Source of the DNA: a virus
Virus record (IMG/VR): IMGVR_UViG_3300032323_000939
Coordinates: 31,506 to 95,505 of that record
Reading direction: 5' to 3' (one strand)
Length of the DNA: 64,000 nt
Numbering within the stretch: position 1 is the stretch's first letter; every line of letters begins with the position of its first letter. This document shows positions 29,574 through 39,887 of the stretch, one piece after another. The translations under genes were made by a program, and so were the position numbers. A model generated the notes under the pieces. It did not search any database. It was not told the DNA's origin and was given only the letters and a program-made list of their open reading frames with translations.

Positions 29574-30701
29574 TTAGTTTGTGTAAACCTTGACGATTGC
29601 TTGGTCTGTAATTACACCAAGACCCCAGATTGCGTACCATGCAAGAGCATGCTCACGACCGAAGTCAAGAACACCACCATCACGTAGTTCAACTGGTAGA
29701 GAGATTGCGTGACCAAAAGCGTTGTCACCAATCATGATAGATTCGTAAACTTCAGCACCGTTACCAGTTGCTGATGTTAAGTAACCTGCTTCTGCTGTGA
29801 AGTTAGCAGACTCTGGGTTACCACCGCTTCCTGGGGCTGTGTTAGCCTTAACAGGAGCATTCCAATAATCAGTTGGTACACCAACAGATGTTGAAGTTGT
29901 GTAAGAAGCGTTAATTGCTAACTTCTTAACCTGAGTTGTTTCGATGAATACTACGTCGTATAGACGACCGATTTCACCTAGCATGAAGTTACCTGGAGCA
30001 GCGTACTTCGTAACTTCGATGAACTCTGGGTTCGAACGAATATCACGAGATTGCTTTGGATGTACGAATTGTACGTATGTCTCACCTAAGCGAGGAATGT
30101 TCTTTCCTGCAAGAGTAAGAGCAGCATCCTTTACAGCACCAGTTGATAACTTGAAGTTACCATCTAGATCTGAAATTTGTGTTGCTTTTGTACCTTCGTT
30201 GTACCAGTCGTTAACACCTTGTACTGATGAACGGTCATAACCGAACACTGCAGAAGTTGCTGCAGACAGTGTGTTACGTGCTTGTAGATCTAGGTATTGC
30301 GCCATGTGGCGACCTAGAAGACGTGACGCAGATGCCATAACGTCATCAAATGATGCGTTAAGTAATAGTTCAGAAACTGCTACTGCGTAGCCGTGCTCTG
30401 CAACTGTAATTGCAATCTGCTCTGCTGTTAATGCAGAAGTTGTCATACGAACACCCTCTGTAAGAGGTGTTGGATCGACAGCGAAGTTCTTGTAGCGTAG
30501 GAAGTTAACACGGAGACCAGGTGCTACACCTAGTTCTGTCTTCTTAACTGCAAATTGTTCGAATCGAAGAATTGGCATTGCCTGGAACAAAATTTCTTTT
30601 GACCAGATTGTTTGAATCGCTTGATTCAGGCTTGAGTTCGAGCCTGAGTAAGCGGTTGGGGCGGAAGCGAGTTGCCCTGTACCTGTAATTGCACTTGCCA
30701 T
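29574..30701 (-). CDS. major capsid protein (N4 gp56-like family)
   Basis: 'F.AMPILRFEQFA', 'LTEGV', 'VHPKQ..D', 'GEIGRLYDVVFIET', 'DFGR...AWY'. Confidence 0.92.
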   Translation of the reverse strand: MASAITGTGQLASAPTAYSGSNSSLNQAIQTIWSKEILFQAMPILRFEQFAVKKTELGVAPGLRVNFLRYKNFAVDPTPLTEGVRMTTSALTAEQIAITVAEHGYAVAVSELLLNASFDDVMASASRLLGRHMAQYLDLQARNTLSAATSAVFGYDRSSVQGVNDWYNEGTKATQISDLDGNFKLSTGAVKDAALTLAGKNIPRLGETYVQFVHPKQSRDIRSNPEFIEVTKYAAPGNFMLGEIGRLYDVVFIETTQVKKLAINASYTTSTSVGVPTDYWNAPVKANTAPGSGGNPESANFTAEAGYLTSATGNGAEVYESIMIGDNAFGHAISLPVELRDGGVLDFGREHALAWYAIWGLGVITDQAIVKVYTN

Positions 30702-30735
30702 TTAGGTCAAGTCCTTTCTTAGTAGTTGTTTGGGA

Positions 30736-31512
30736 TTAACCGAACAGTCCCTGACCACGATTGCTTGCTGCAGTGCCAAGTAACTTGGCTCTTTGTTTCG
30801 CATAGTCCGCCAATGACATTTCCCTGATTGAATCAGGCGTGTACGATTTTTGTTCCGAGTCATTATCGAGGGGTCCTGCGGCAGGATTAGTAATTCTAGT
30901 TCCTGCCATTTGTTGTCTTGCGCTTTGCATCGCTTGTTGAGCGGATGACAAAATTCGAGCAGATTTTTCTTTTAACATTGCGATGCTCTGCTCAACCTCA
31001 TCAGCATTGTTTCCATCAACTAGATCAAGAAGTTCAGGAACAATATTTTCCCGTTCTTGCTCAATACGTTGTTGACGATAATTCATAACTTCTTGGAACT
31101 TACGTTCTTGATCTAGGAGCGCAAAAGCACGTTCTCTTTCAAGACGTTCAGTATCTAATAGAGCCTGAAATTCTTGCTCCTTCTTTAGGAGGAGTTCTTT
31201 AGCAGAAAGTTCAGATTCTTCTTGTTCTTTCTGCAGTGCTGTTTTACGGGCTTCTTCTTCAGCAATACGTTTTTCACGTTCTGCTTCTTTAGTTGCTTGA
31301 TCTTCACGAGCCTTCTTCAAAGATGCAAGTTCTTCTTTCATCTTTTCCATCTGTGGGTACAATTTTGCTTTCTCTTGTTCACGAGCCTTAGCAATATCGT
31401 CTGCGCTATACACAGAATTTACCTCACTTGTGTTTTCTACTGCTGGAATTGCCGCCAGAATTTCTGGAGACAATAGGTCAGCATTCTCTACGGTATTTTC
31501 CATAGTAATCAC
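30736..31512 (-). CDS. capsid scaffolding protein
   Basis: coiled-coil E/K-rich protein between portal and capsid; C-terminal 'IREMSLADYAKQR..LLG'. Confidence 0.8.
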   Translation of the reverse strand: MITMENTVENADLLSPEILAAIPAVENTSEVNSVYSADDIAKAREQEKAKLYPQMEKMKEELASLKKAREDQATKEAEREKRIAEEEARKTALQKEQEESELSAKELLLKKEQEFQALLDTERLERERAFALLDQERKFQEVMNYRQQRIEQERENIVPELLDLVDGNNADEVEQSIAMLKEKSARILSSAQQAMQSARQQMAGTRITNPAAGPLDNDSEQKSYTPDSIREMSLADYAKQRAKLLGTAASNRGQGLFG

Positions 31513-31633
31513 CTATTTTTCTTGGGTCGTTGTCCGTATGCCTTTCGGCGTATCACTGGGTTTAGTACAAGACAATTTCATTACAAAATGTGTGAAATGT
31601 CTCGCTATATCTGATTTTTTTATCAGAATTCTT

Positions 31634-33370
31634 TTATCCCTTGTCTACTGTTCTCCTTTGTGGAATCTTTGTTCCATAGGCATCAGTGACAAGTTTATTT
31701 CGGATCTCTGACTCTGCAGATTTTTCAATACCCATTAACTCTTGGTTTTCTGGAGTTGCTGCATTTTCAGGGGTCTCAGGACCAGACATTCCATCTCCTA
31801 AGATATCCCCATCACCCATTGGTTGAGGTTGCATTGGGATAGCACTGCTTCCATCAGGACCAGGCATCATTCCAGTCATATCCATAATTTGTTTTTGAAT
31901 TTGAATTTTAACAAGTTGTAGAGCACCATCAGCCTCAGCATCAGCCATAAGTTCTTGACGAATCTCTTGTAGTTTCTCTTCTGGAAACTCTTCTCCAAGT
32001 TGACGTAATGCGCCTTCTTTAGACTCTAATCCCATTCCAAGTTTAGTTTGAATTTCATTTAATACAATTAACTTATCTAATGGGAGAGGTTGTGGGAACT
32101 GTGCGTAGTTTATGTAGGTAATTGGATCATTAGGATCTAGTTGAGTTACTTGGCCATCTTTGATTGGACCATCTTCTTCTGGGTTGTATAAGAACGATTC
32201 AGGTTCTTTAATAGCAAGAGTCTTTATAACTAACTCATTAATCTTTTCTAAACCTTTTCCATACTGTGCAACTTTTTGTGAATAACGATTCATCAATGGC
32301 TGGTATTGAATGGACAGCGCCACACCAGATGTGTTTGAAATTGGTTGAACTTGTCCCAGTGCGGTTTCTGGAATGTTCATGATCTCATGCATTGAGCGCT
32401 TTAATAGTTCTAGGTACTTCAAGGCTCCGTCAATACCTTGTGCACCGCCTTCTAAGTTGAAGACTTGAGCATCTTTTGGAAGACCGCCCCAAACCTTCTT
32501 AGCACCTTTTTCTAAGTTAGAGGCTTTAGCACCCACGATTACCGTTACTGGTGATGCGTGGTAGTTAATGATGTCAGCGACATCAGTGCTAATTTCGTTG
32601 TATGCACGGTTTATAGTGATGATGTCGTGTGCGTCGGAGAGACCCCACGGCGATCCTGAAACAGGAACATTAGGTATGTGAACTACAGGGACTATGCCAA
32701 GAGGATTTGGACGTGAGTCAATTAGTTCATCGTTGACATATTCTTCAATCATGTCATCAGTAAGAATTTCAGTGTATGTAAATACTTGACGAGTACCTTC
32801 TAGAGATGTTCCCCAAAAACGATACTTTTGTTTAAAACGTAGTAAGCGTGTGCGGTCATGTGGGTGGAACTCAGGAAAACAAAATGAAGAGTTCATAGGA
32901 AGAATACGAACACGACCTGGATGCAGTAATCCTGCAGTATCTGTCCATGGCTCTTCGTAAGCAACCTTTACAAAACAATCTCCAGTAATACCACCTTGTT
33001 GTCCCATTTCAAGAAGTACACGCATCTTGTCATTGTCTATTTCCCAAACACGCTCCAAGCGGTCAGGAATAATGGCCTCAGTCGCTTTCGGTGAACGATA
33101 ATGAACACCACGGCCAAAAGTAAAACGAGAAAGATAATCATTAAAAGCACGGTAATAGTTAACAGCAATCTGCATTTCGCCTTGCTCACGGCGATACCCC
33201 CAGTGATGTCCTAGATACATCGCCCAGTTTAAAGAGTAACGGTTTAGGCGAGGACCGTGGACTTCAAATTCTTCATCAGCAAGTTCTACTAATCCAAGAG
33301 GAGAAATAGAGATAGTTAAGTCGGAAGACGCCGCTCTATACGATGGCGGACTAAAGTCCAAAAATGACAT
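31634..33370 (-). CDS. portal protein (SPP1 gp6-like)
   Basis: 'GDCFVKV', 'NPLGIVPVVHIPN...WGLSD', 'SGVALSIQYQPL'. Confidence 0.9.
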   Translation of the reverse strand: MSFLDFSPPSYRAASSDLTISISPLGLVELADEEFEVHGPRLNRYSLNWAMYLGHHWGYRREQGEMQIAVNYYRAFNDYLSRFTFGRGVHYRSPKATEAIIPDRLERVWEIDNDKMRVLLEMGQQGGITGDCFVKVAYEEPWTDTAGLLHPGRVRILPMNSSFCFPEFHPHDRTRLLRFKQKYRFWGTSLEGTRQVFTYTEILTDDMIEEYVNDELIDSRPNPLGIVPVVHIPNVPVSGSPWGLSDAHDIITINRAYNEISTDVADIINYHASPVTVIVGAKASNLEKGAKKVWGGLPKDAQVFNLEGGAQGIDGALKYLELLKRSMHEIMNIPETALGQVQPISNTSGVALSIQYQPLMNRYSQKVAQYGKGLEKINELVIKTLAIKEPESFLYNPEEDGPIKDGQVTQLDPNDPITYINYAQFPQPLPLDKLIVLNEIQTKLGMGLESKEGALRQLGEEFPEEKLQEIRQELMADAEADGALQLVKIQIQKQIMDMTGMMPGPDGSSAIPMQPQPMGDGDILGDGMSGPETPENAATPENQELMGIEKSAESEIRNKLVTDAYGTKIPQRRTVDKG

Positions 33371-33633
33371 TACTTATTGCCTTTATCTTTTTCTTTTTTA
33401 GAGTTCTTTACTTCTTTTTTACTTTCACGTTCTTTGCTTTTAGCATTCTCTTGTTTTTTCTTTGCCATATTTGCACGACGTGTTGCTTCAGTAGTTTCAA
33501 CATACTGACCACCTGCTTGTTGATACTTCTTACTTACCCATGCACTTGCTCCAGGATTTGGATAGTTAGAATACTTTGCTCGTGCTTGTGCAACAAACAT
33601 CGCATAAAGTTTTGGGTTAGCAGGTTTACGCAT
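33370..33633 (-). CDS. small basic protein
   Basis: 'PANPKLY...A.AKY..YP..AS.WV.KKY...GG.Y', related in style to 13751..13948. Confidence 0.65.
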   Translation of the reverse strand: MRKPANPKLYAMFVAQARAKYSNYPNPGASAWVSKKYQQAGGQYVETTEATRRANMAKKKQENAKSKERESKKEVKNSKKEKDKGNK

Positions 33634-33704
33634 TTACGTCTCCTCCGTAGATGACCAATCTCCGCCCATACCCTATAGCATGGACGGAGTTAGGTGTTAA
33701 TTAC

Positions 33705-34100
33705 TTAGTCGTTTATGACTGTTGGCGACATACGTTGTGTACGTCCACCTGAACGGGCTACTGTCTCAATCTGTGCTGCTGAGTAGTCGTTCATTGTTCC
33801 GTGTGCAAATTCACCAAGGAACGTTGGTGCTTCAGCCCATGAAGCAGAGCCTACGTGAGCACGCTCTGATAATGTCTCTGCAGCAGATTTTGTATGAACT
33901 GGTGCATTACGGTTTGGGCGACCTGCTGCAACAGCAGATCCTTGTTGCATTCCTAATGAAAAATCGTTTGGCACATCAGTGTCAGTTGCGATTCCTTCTT
34001 CGAAACGAAGTGGTCCACGACGTACTGAGTTATCAGCGCCTTTACGTTCGTAAACCTGTGGGGCACGCTCTGGGAATCGAGGTGCTGGTGATATTGTCAT
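33705..34100 (-). CDS. conserved hypothetical protein between terminase and portal
   Basis: 'RRGPLRFEEGIATDTDVPNDF'; AAGGAG RBS. Confidence 0.7.
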   Translation of the reverse strand: MTISPAPRFPERAPQVYERKGADNSVRRGPLRFEEGIATDTDVPNDFSLGMQQGSAVAAGRPNRNAPVHTKSAAETLSERAHVGSASWAEAPTFLGEFAHGTMNDYSAAQIETVARSGGRTQRMSPTVIND

Positions 34101-34178
34101 GTATGACTCCTTAAGGATATTTGTGGAAGGCCTTTCCAGGTAATAGTTTCCACCCTTTTTGCCTTGTTGTGTGGCTAA

Positions 34179-35768
34179 TTAGAAAAAAGGATTACTAGAG
34201 GCTACAACTTCTGGCATTACTAAATCTTGAGTTAAAGAACAAGCAATAGATAAACTATCAACAAAATCGTCATGTGCGTAGGATTCATCGGGCGCAGCCA
34301 CTAAAAAGTTGGGTCCTTTATACTGAACTTCGGCATCGACCATCTGTTGGTAGAAACGTTTCCAGGTACGAAGGCGCCTAGTTTTTGCGTGAGAAGGCCA
34401 AGAAATCATCTTTCGTTGAATTAGTGCCTGCAGGTGTTTCCATCTCTTTGATTGTTCAGATGGACTGGATGTTAAAGACATCACCTCTGCTCTAGGAAGA
34501 AGTAGTTTTAATCGTTGCGCTACTGCATCCCCAACACCGTTTGCATCTACCCCAACTGCAAGGACATCGTAGTTACTTAAGAAGTTTACAATTTGAAAGT
34601 ATTGTTCTTCCCAATCATCGCCCTGCATCTCTAACCAATTTAAAACTCTATGATCAAAATAACCAAACTCGTCAGGGCGATCCCAATCAACCCAAACAAT
34701 AGTAACAACTGTACTGTCAGTTTTACGAGCGGGGTCAATACCGACAACAACTGGGGTCTTGTGCCATACCTTAACAAGTTCTTGAGAAGTGTCACCCAAG
34801 TCATCCATAATCGTAGAAGTAACAAACATTCCTCTTTCTAGTAGCCATTTGCAGTTATAAGACATTTGAAATTCGTCAGAGTCCTCTCCAATACGAAGCA
34901 TCTCTTTACGAATAAACTTTTCATAGTTAGCATTAAATTTTGCTACATCTTTCCAGTCCCATTGAAAATGATTTTGTCTATTTCCTTTGGTTGTTTGACG
35001 CCTACGGTTTAATTGAATAGAACGATAAAAATTATTCTTACTTGTTGTTGGAGTACCAGTCTTAACCATTGTTCCTGCATAGTAAGCCAACATAGGGGAT
35101 ATAGACTTAGATACAACAAAGTCATCAGCCTCTTGACACTCATCAATAACAATCAAATGAAAAGACTTAGACTCAATCTTTGCACGAGGGTTAGCGGTCA
35201 TCATAGTAATCGTTGACCCAGATTTCTTTAGTTTAATCTGACGAGTAACTCCGCCTACACGAGCAGTAGCATCATCAATCTCAGGATCACCCATAATGTC
35301 TAATGCTCTTTCAGAGGTTAAACGGCTTACAGCACGACCAAACAATGTCTCAACCTGAGATTCAGTAGGAGCAAATAATCCGACCCATAATCCATCTTTA
35401 AATTTTCCTAATAAATCAGGGTATAACTTTGCAAGACGTGGAAGTAGAACCATAAGTGTTGCTACTGTGTCGGCAACAGTTTCTGATTTTCCTGACTGAC
35501 GTGAAGCCAGCGCAGTTACTTCTTCACCATCGTTAATAATTACAGATTCAATAATACGACGGGCTAAAGGTTTTTGATAAGGGTGCAGGTCATGTCCTAC
35601 TAGGACCTTTAAAAAGTCCATAATTTTATCAATTAATTTTTCAACAAATTGTTGCGACAACTCATCCAGTTGTTCATCGGCTGGACCGTCATCCGTAGGT
35701 TTTTCATCTTGTTGATAAAACTCTGGATTAATTTCTTCAAACTTGTCTTCGTCGTGTTCGGATTCCAT
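34179..35768 (-). CDS. terL: terminase large subunit
   Basis: Walker A 'SRQSGKSE', Walker B 'LIVIDECQ', 'TGTP', nuclease 'GIDPAR' and 'HDDFVDS'. Confidence 0.93.
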   Translation of the reverse strand: MESEHDEDKFEEINPEFYQQDEKPTDDGPADEQLDELSQQFVEKLIDKIMDFLKVLVGHDLHPYQKPLARRIIESVIINDGEEVTALASRQSGKSETVADTVATLMVLLPRLAKLYPDLLGKFKDGLWVGLFAPTESQVETLFGRAVSRLTSERALDIMGDPEIDDATARVGGVTRQIKLKKSGSTITMMTANPRAKIESKSFHLIVIDECQEADDFVVSKSISPMLAYYAGTMVKTGTPTTSKNNFYRSIQLNRRRQTTKGNRQNHFQWDWKDVAKFNANYEKFIRKEMLRIGEDSDEFQMSYNCKWLLERGMFVTSTIMDDLGDTSQELVKVWHKTPVVVGIDPARKTDSTVVTIVWVDWDRPDEFGYFDHRVLNWLEMQGDDWEEQYFQIVNFLSNYDVLAVGVDANGVGDAVAQRLKLLLPRAEVMSLTSSPSEQSKRWKHLQALIQRKMISWPSHAKTRRLRTWKRFYQQMVDAEVQYKGPNFLVAAPDESYAHDDFVDSLSIACSLTQDLVMPEVVASSNPFF

Positions 35769-35845
35769 AGTGTCCTTATTAAATAGCGAAACCCACCACT
35801 AGGATGGGTTAACGCTTGACCTGTAAGAGAGGGTAAGACAGTTAA

Positions 35846-36088
35846 TCATAGCACAGATTGTGATCGCCTCTTTAACTCCTTAGCAATTGCGTGGAAAACT
35901 TCAGCACCAGTAAGGATCTCTTCAAGATCTGCCTGACTCTGTTGCCTTTGCCAAATCGTAATATGACGACCAATTACGAACATTGACTGCTCCATCCATG
36001 TAATCAAATCTGGACTCGAGATTGTCGCTACTCGCTTCTCGATCCGAGTCTGGGGCTGGTGTCCATCCTTTTTCTTCCGTAAAATCAT
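35846..36088 (-). CDS. hypothetical protein (overlaps next ORF)
   Basis: 80 aa helical ORF upstream of terminase. Confidence 0.5.
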   Translation of the reverse strand: MILRKKKDGHQPQTRIEKRVATISSPDLITWMEQSMFVIGRHITIWQRQQSQADLEEILTGAEVFHAIAKELKRRSQSVL

Positions 36089-36332
36089 CGTAAGTCACAT
36101 CCCGCCTTTCTAGTGCTAGATTTAATGCTTCTTCTTCAGTTTTATTTCCAGTCCATTTGCCCATAACAAATGCTTTATAGAATGGTAATCGTACTATAAG
36201 TGGGGTAGATGTCCTAAATGGCTCGTTTATTTCCTGAGTCCAACCACGGACTACAAATTTCTTTCCCCATTTAAAGGGGAAGTTAGTGAACTGCACAAAT
36301 CGTTCTGATCCGATGTCGTGTACCTTTGGCAC
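35922..36332 (-). CDS. hypothetical protein
   Basis: 136 aa, coupled to the upstream gene. Confidence 0.55.
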   Translation of the reverse strand: MPKVHDIGSERFVQFTNFPFKWGKKFVVRGWTQEINEPFRTSTPLIVRLPFYKAFVMGKWTGNKTEEEALNLALERRDVTYDDFTEEKGWTPAPDSDREASSDNLESRFDYMDGAVNVRNWSSYYDLAKATESGRS

Positions 36333-37033
36333 TACTTTCTCCTTTGTTTTCCCCCGCTTTTTAATTGATTTAGTCTTGCCAAGCCATAGAGAGTCCTTCT
36401 TGCGCCTGCTGGGACAGAGTTAACATTAGCAGGTCCACGAGGTTTAAAATCTAAGTTCTCATAAATATAACGGCCTTTTGAAACACGGCGTTTAAAATCT
36501 TGCCACTCAGTTGGACGAACCTCGTAGTAGTTGTAGAAGGTTCCATCACGAAATACTACCGTTAGAACTTCTCTAACCTTGTCGTAACCAGCCGCAACTG
36601 TACGTGGGCGATCAGGATTAGAACTTGAAGTAGGAATTACAGATAAAGGAGCGGCGGCATTAGACTCGCCCTCTTGTGGTCCTTTAAGACCAGGAATAAC
36701 AAGTTCGCCATCTTCTTCATCATAAAATTTACGACCTGCAGAGCGGTCAACAAAATTTCCATTTGCATCTACATAAAAGGTAGAAAAGTCATCAGAGCCA
36801 ACTGCTTGTCCTGCTTGGTTTCTACGAGAAGCCTCTTTGTAAGATTGAGGATCGTAATACTTGTTAGTTGTTATGCTGATTGCTTCAAAAAACTCTCCAT
36901 AAGAAGCGGAGGTTGGTAGACCAGCAAAATTAGATGTGCTACTAATTACAGGTGAAAGAATATTTAATAACTCTTGACCAGATGGCAAAACCGCCCGTTG
37001 TGTACGGGCGGCTTTACCTGATATACGTGCCAT
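36332..37033 (-). CDS. KTSC-domain protein
   Basis: 'AAGYD....LTVVFRDGTFYNYYEV....W..F....SKGRYI'. Confidence 0.75.
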   Translation of the reverse strand: MARISGKAARTQRAVLPSGQELLNILSPVISSTSNFAGLPTSASYGEFFEAISITTNKYYDPQSYKEASRRNQAGQAVGSDDFSTFYVDANGNFVDRSAGRKFYDEEDGELVIPGLKGPQEGESNAAAPLSVIPTSSSNPDRPRTVAAGYDKVREVLTVVFRDGTFYNYYEVRPTEWQDFKRRVSKGRYIYENLDFKPRGPANVNSVPAGARRTLYGLARLNQLKSGGKQRRK

Positions 37034-37055
37034 TAGGCTAGTCTAATCTAAAAGA

Positions 37056-37745
37056 TTAAGACGCTGCTGCCCAAGGAGTAATTGTTACTGCTGCTCCTGG
37101 TGCTACGTTGTTTGCACCTGCTGCAACTGATTGAACTCTAATTGTTCCTGGTACACCAATGATTGAGCCTGTACCTGATGTAAGCACTGTGCTTGCATTT
37201 GAGGTAAAGCGAATCTTGTTGGTGCTTGTGTTACCTGTAACAGTCCATGTACCGTCAACAGATCCTGTTGAAGCAACTGTAATCTTTGTACCTACTGGGT
37301 ACGCTGCTGTGAAACCAGTACCTGTAAGTTCAACAGTTGTTGAACCAGCAGTACGGTCAATGTCTGTAATGCTTCCTGCTGCGTTTGTTGCTGCTGTTGC
37401 AGTTGTAGGAACTAGTGATGCATCCTTCATTGCGTCAGTTGCAAGTGCTGTTGTAAGACCAAGTACTGAAGGAACAAGTACGTAGTCAGTGTCTCCTGCT
37501 ACATCTTCTCCTGCACTATTTTCTACAAATAGTGGATACCCGCCCCATCCTGAAAGAGCGATGATGTGGTTGTCTAGTGCTGGGTCTAAGCGTCCTGCAG
37601 TTCTAACATAACTATCTACGGTGTAGGTAGCGCCTGCTGAATCTGGACGGACGTCGTTTGGTTGCATAGGAAGATTTCCCCACACAAAATCAATTGCGAC
37701 TTCACCTGAAGAATCTAGAAGATTCCCGTTGTTATTCGTAGCCAT
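37056..37745 (-). CDS. probable virion protein with PASTA-like domain
   Basis: 'VLVPSVLGLT...A..AM..A.L' ... 'GTI.VQSVAAG...APGAAVTIT'. Confidence 0.5.
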   Translation of the reverse strand: MATNNNGNLLDSSGEVAIDFVWGNLPMQPNDVRPDSAGATYTVDSYVRTAGRLDPALDNHIIALSGWGGYPLFVENSAGEDVAGDTDYVLVPSVLGLTTALATDAMKDASLVPTTATAATNAAGSITDIDRTAGSTTVELTGTGFTAAYPVGTKITVASTGSVDGTWTVTGNTSTNKIRFTSNASTVLTSGTGSIIGVPGTIRVQSVAAGANNVAPGAAVTITPWAAAS

Positions 37746-37977
37746 TTATTTCCTCACAATCATGATTGGTTAGTTCAGTCTCTAAAAGTACTTCTTCGCA
37801 AGCCCTGCATTTGAAGAAGCGTATGTCATCTAATCCAACGTGTAAGGAATCCGAGTGTTGATCGCCAAAATCTGTCTGAGGTTGGGCTAAAACTTCAGGC
37901 GGAAATGGTCCTCTAGGACTGTGCGTCTGTAATGGTACAGCATGACCTTGTATTGCGAACTTGCGAATTAACTTCAT
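37732..37977 (-). CDS. small Zn-finger-like protein
   Basis: 'FKCRACEEVL......HDC'. Confidence 0.6.
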   Translation of the reverse strand: MKLIRKFAIQGHAVPLQTHSPRGPFPPEVLAQPQTDFGDQHSDSLHVGLDDIRFFKCRACEEVLLETELTNHDCEEINGYE

Positions 37978-38244
37978 TTATTTTGCCGACTTTTTAGTGG
38001 TTGCTTTCTTTTTAGGAGCGGCAGGTTCTTCAATTACCTCTGGAATAGGAGTAGCAACTAAAGCCAACGCCTCTTTTTCCGCTTCTTGATACTTCTCAGT
38101 AATAGTTAATAATCCTGCTTTTTTACGGCCTTCTAAAAATGAAGGCAAGTGCTTACCGCAATAGAGTTGAGAAATTTGCTTTGTTATTCGATACTCATAC
38201 ATTGCATCGGAAGTGCAGTTAACGCAGGTCATTAGCAATCCCAT
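37978..38244 (-). CDS. small Zn-binding protein
   Basis: 'CVNC...A.Y...YCGKHLP'. Confidence 0.6.
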   Translation of the reverse strand: MGLLMTCVNCTSDAMYEYRITKQISQLYCGKHLPSFLEGRKKAGLLTITEKYQEAEKEALALVATPIPEVIEEPAAPKKKATTKKSAK

Positions 38245-38498
38245 TTACGTAATGCTAAAGCCTTACGAGTTGGTCTACCTTTTTCATCTTTCATAGGTCC
38301 TGGCATTCCACCCATACGTGCACAGAAAGATTTACGACGTGCTGCTTTCTTTGGAGACTTCTTTGCTTCTTTAGAAGATACTGGTGGCTTTAAATTGTGA
38401 CCTTCTTTTTTTGCAGAGGCACGACCCTTAGCGTTTAATCCACCTTCTGGGTTCTTACCTTCTTTACGTTGCCATGCTGGTGACTTAGCCACTACCAC
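38232..38498 (-). CDS. basic protein (DUF6321-like)
   Basis: 'AWQRKEGKNP.GGLNAKGRAS...RRKSFCARM.G...LRKWDC'. Confidence 0.75.
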   Translation of the reverse strand: MVVAKSPAWQRKEGKNPEGGLNAKGRASAKKEGHNLKPPVSSKEAKKSPKKAARRKSFCARMGGMPGPMKDEKGRPTRKALALRKWDC

Positions 38499-38842
38499 TC
38501 CAATCCATGAGAAAACTTTTTACTATCAGTCTTTATTGGTGCTCCACCACCCATTGGTCCTGGGCGTGATGGTTCTGGGAATACCTTAGAGAGTTGATCC
38601 TTAGTCCGTGGGTCAATCTCTGGATGACTTGAAAGATTCTGTGCTCTTGTCCAAAATTCAGGCGGGTACATACCAAAGTTACGAAGAATCTGCCCATGAG
38701 TTTTTACCGATGGATTGTTAGAAATTTTTCCAGCAAAATTTAATATCTTTTTATCTATAGCAGATAACGGATTTACACGAGAGTTGTAACCCTCATTGAA
38801 ATGAGAGTATGACTTATGTCCTCTATCTACTGAGCCAGCCAT
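38492..38842 (-). CDS. DUF3263-like protein
   Basis: 'LSAIDKKILNF...K...ILRNFGM.P.EFW' resembles the actinobacterial DUF3263 pattern. Confidence 0.45.
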   Translation of the reverse strand: MAGSVDRGHKSYSHFNEGYNSRVNPLSAIDKKILNFAGKISNNPSVKTHGQILRNFGMYPPEFWTRAQNLSSHPEIDPRTKDQLSKVFPEPSRPGPMGGGAPIKTDSKKFSHGLEW

Positions 38843-39240
38843 TATTGAACTTTCTTTCCGCCTCTAACCTTCTTAACAGGAACTCTTCCTGGCTTTGGCG
38901 CAGCGGCAGGAGTTGGCATCTTTGATGTATAACTAGCGGAGATATCACCGTGCTTCATAGATACTGGTGCTCCAGGTTGTGCGTAGTTATGCACAACGCC
39001 TAAAAATTCAGTTGCTCTTCCTGCTCTTCTTCTTTCTGATCTTTCTGCAAGGTTTGCTTGTTGGGCAGTTTGTGCTTTTGTTGCTTCGTATTGAGCAGAG
39101 TGCATTGCTAAAGTAGATTGAGTAAGATGCATTTGTTCAGTGTCTCGTGCTGCACGAGCACCTTCTCTATATTTTTGGTCGATGAAACGTCCTACTATTG
39201 TAAATGGGTTCGGACCACCAGATAGGTTTTGCATACTCAT
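38842..39240 (-). CDS. hypothetical protein
   Basis: 132 aa, leaderless start after GCGATAAT. Confidence 0.65.
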   Translation of the reverse strand: MSMQNLSGGPNPFTIVGRFIDQKYREGARAARDTEQMHLTQSTLAMHSAQYEATKAQTAQQANLAERSERRRAGRATEFLGVVHNYAQPGAPVSMKHGDISASYTSKMPTPAAAPKPGRVPVKKVRGGKKVQ

Positions 39241-39254
39241 ATACTCATTATCGC

Positions 39255-39626
39255 TTAGTTTGTCTCCTCAGACTTGTTAACTGATAGGCATTCTTCAATT
39301 GCAATTAATCTTTCGCCCATCTCTACAAAGGCTTCCATAAGTACGCCTTGGTTCTCATAAAGTTTATTTACTACATCTTTAGTTGATTTTCCGCCATTAC
39401 TAGATAGTTCACCATCTAAACGGTTTAATCTCTCCATAACCCCTGGAGTACGGTCACGGCCTGGAGACTCCTCTTCTCCAGACCAGTCCCGCTTAAAGTC
39501 TTCAAACCAATCAATCATAGAGTCAAGCCTATTTTTGTAAGGCTCAAGAAGTTGACGTAGACCTAACAAGGCCGCTGTCACAACTCCAATCGTTGCAAAA
39601 ATAGTTATGATCATGTTATCGGTCAT
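39255..39626 (-). CDS. membrane protein (lysis-cassette type)
   Basis: N-terminal TM helix; 'PGVMERL..LD.ELSSNGG.S.KD'. Confidence 0.65.
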   Translation of the reverse strand: MTDNMIITIFATIGVVTAALLGLRQLLEPYKNRLDSMIDWFEDFKRDWSGEEESPGRDRTPGVMERLNRLDGELSSNGGKSTKDVVNKLYENQGVLMEAFVEMGERLIAIEECLSVNKSEETN

Positions 39627-39650
39627 TTGACTTATGTTTTTTTCGTAAGG

Positions 39651-39845
39651 TTACTTTTTAGCGCCGAATCCGTATGACGGATCTTTAGGGTTTAACATTT
39701 TGGCTAATGGACCAAGAAGACCTGCAATAAATGCATTTGCTAAAGTCTTTGGGTCTGTAATGCCGCTCATATACAAAGCGGCAACTGCAGCGGCGGCTGC
39801 ACGTAGGTACGTACCTGCTGCTGCTTCTAGTGCTTTCTTATCCAT
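39651..39845 (-). CDS. holin-like protein
   Basis: 64 aa, two hydrophobic helices, 'LNPKD.SYG' tail. Confidence 0.65.
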   Translation of the reverse strand: MDKKALEAAAGTYLRAAAAAVAALYMSGITDPKTLANAFIAGLLGPLAKMLNPKDPSYGFGAKK

Positions 39846-39887
39846 ACTTCTCCTAACAGAGTGCCCAACCTCAGAGTAAATGATCTC

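Noticed and set aside
35640-35670. LSQQF in the terminase N-terminus as another copy of the tag
   Set aside because: Internal, lacks the preceding Asn, and is short enough to be chance.
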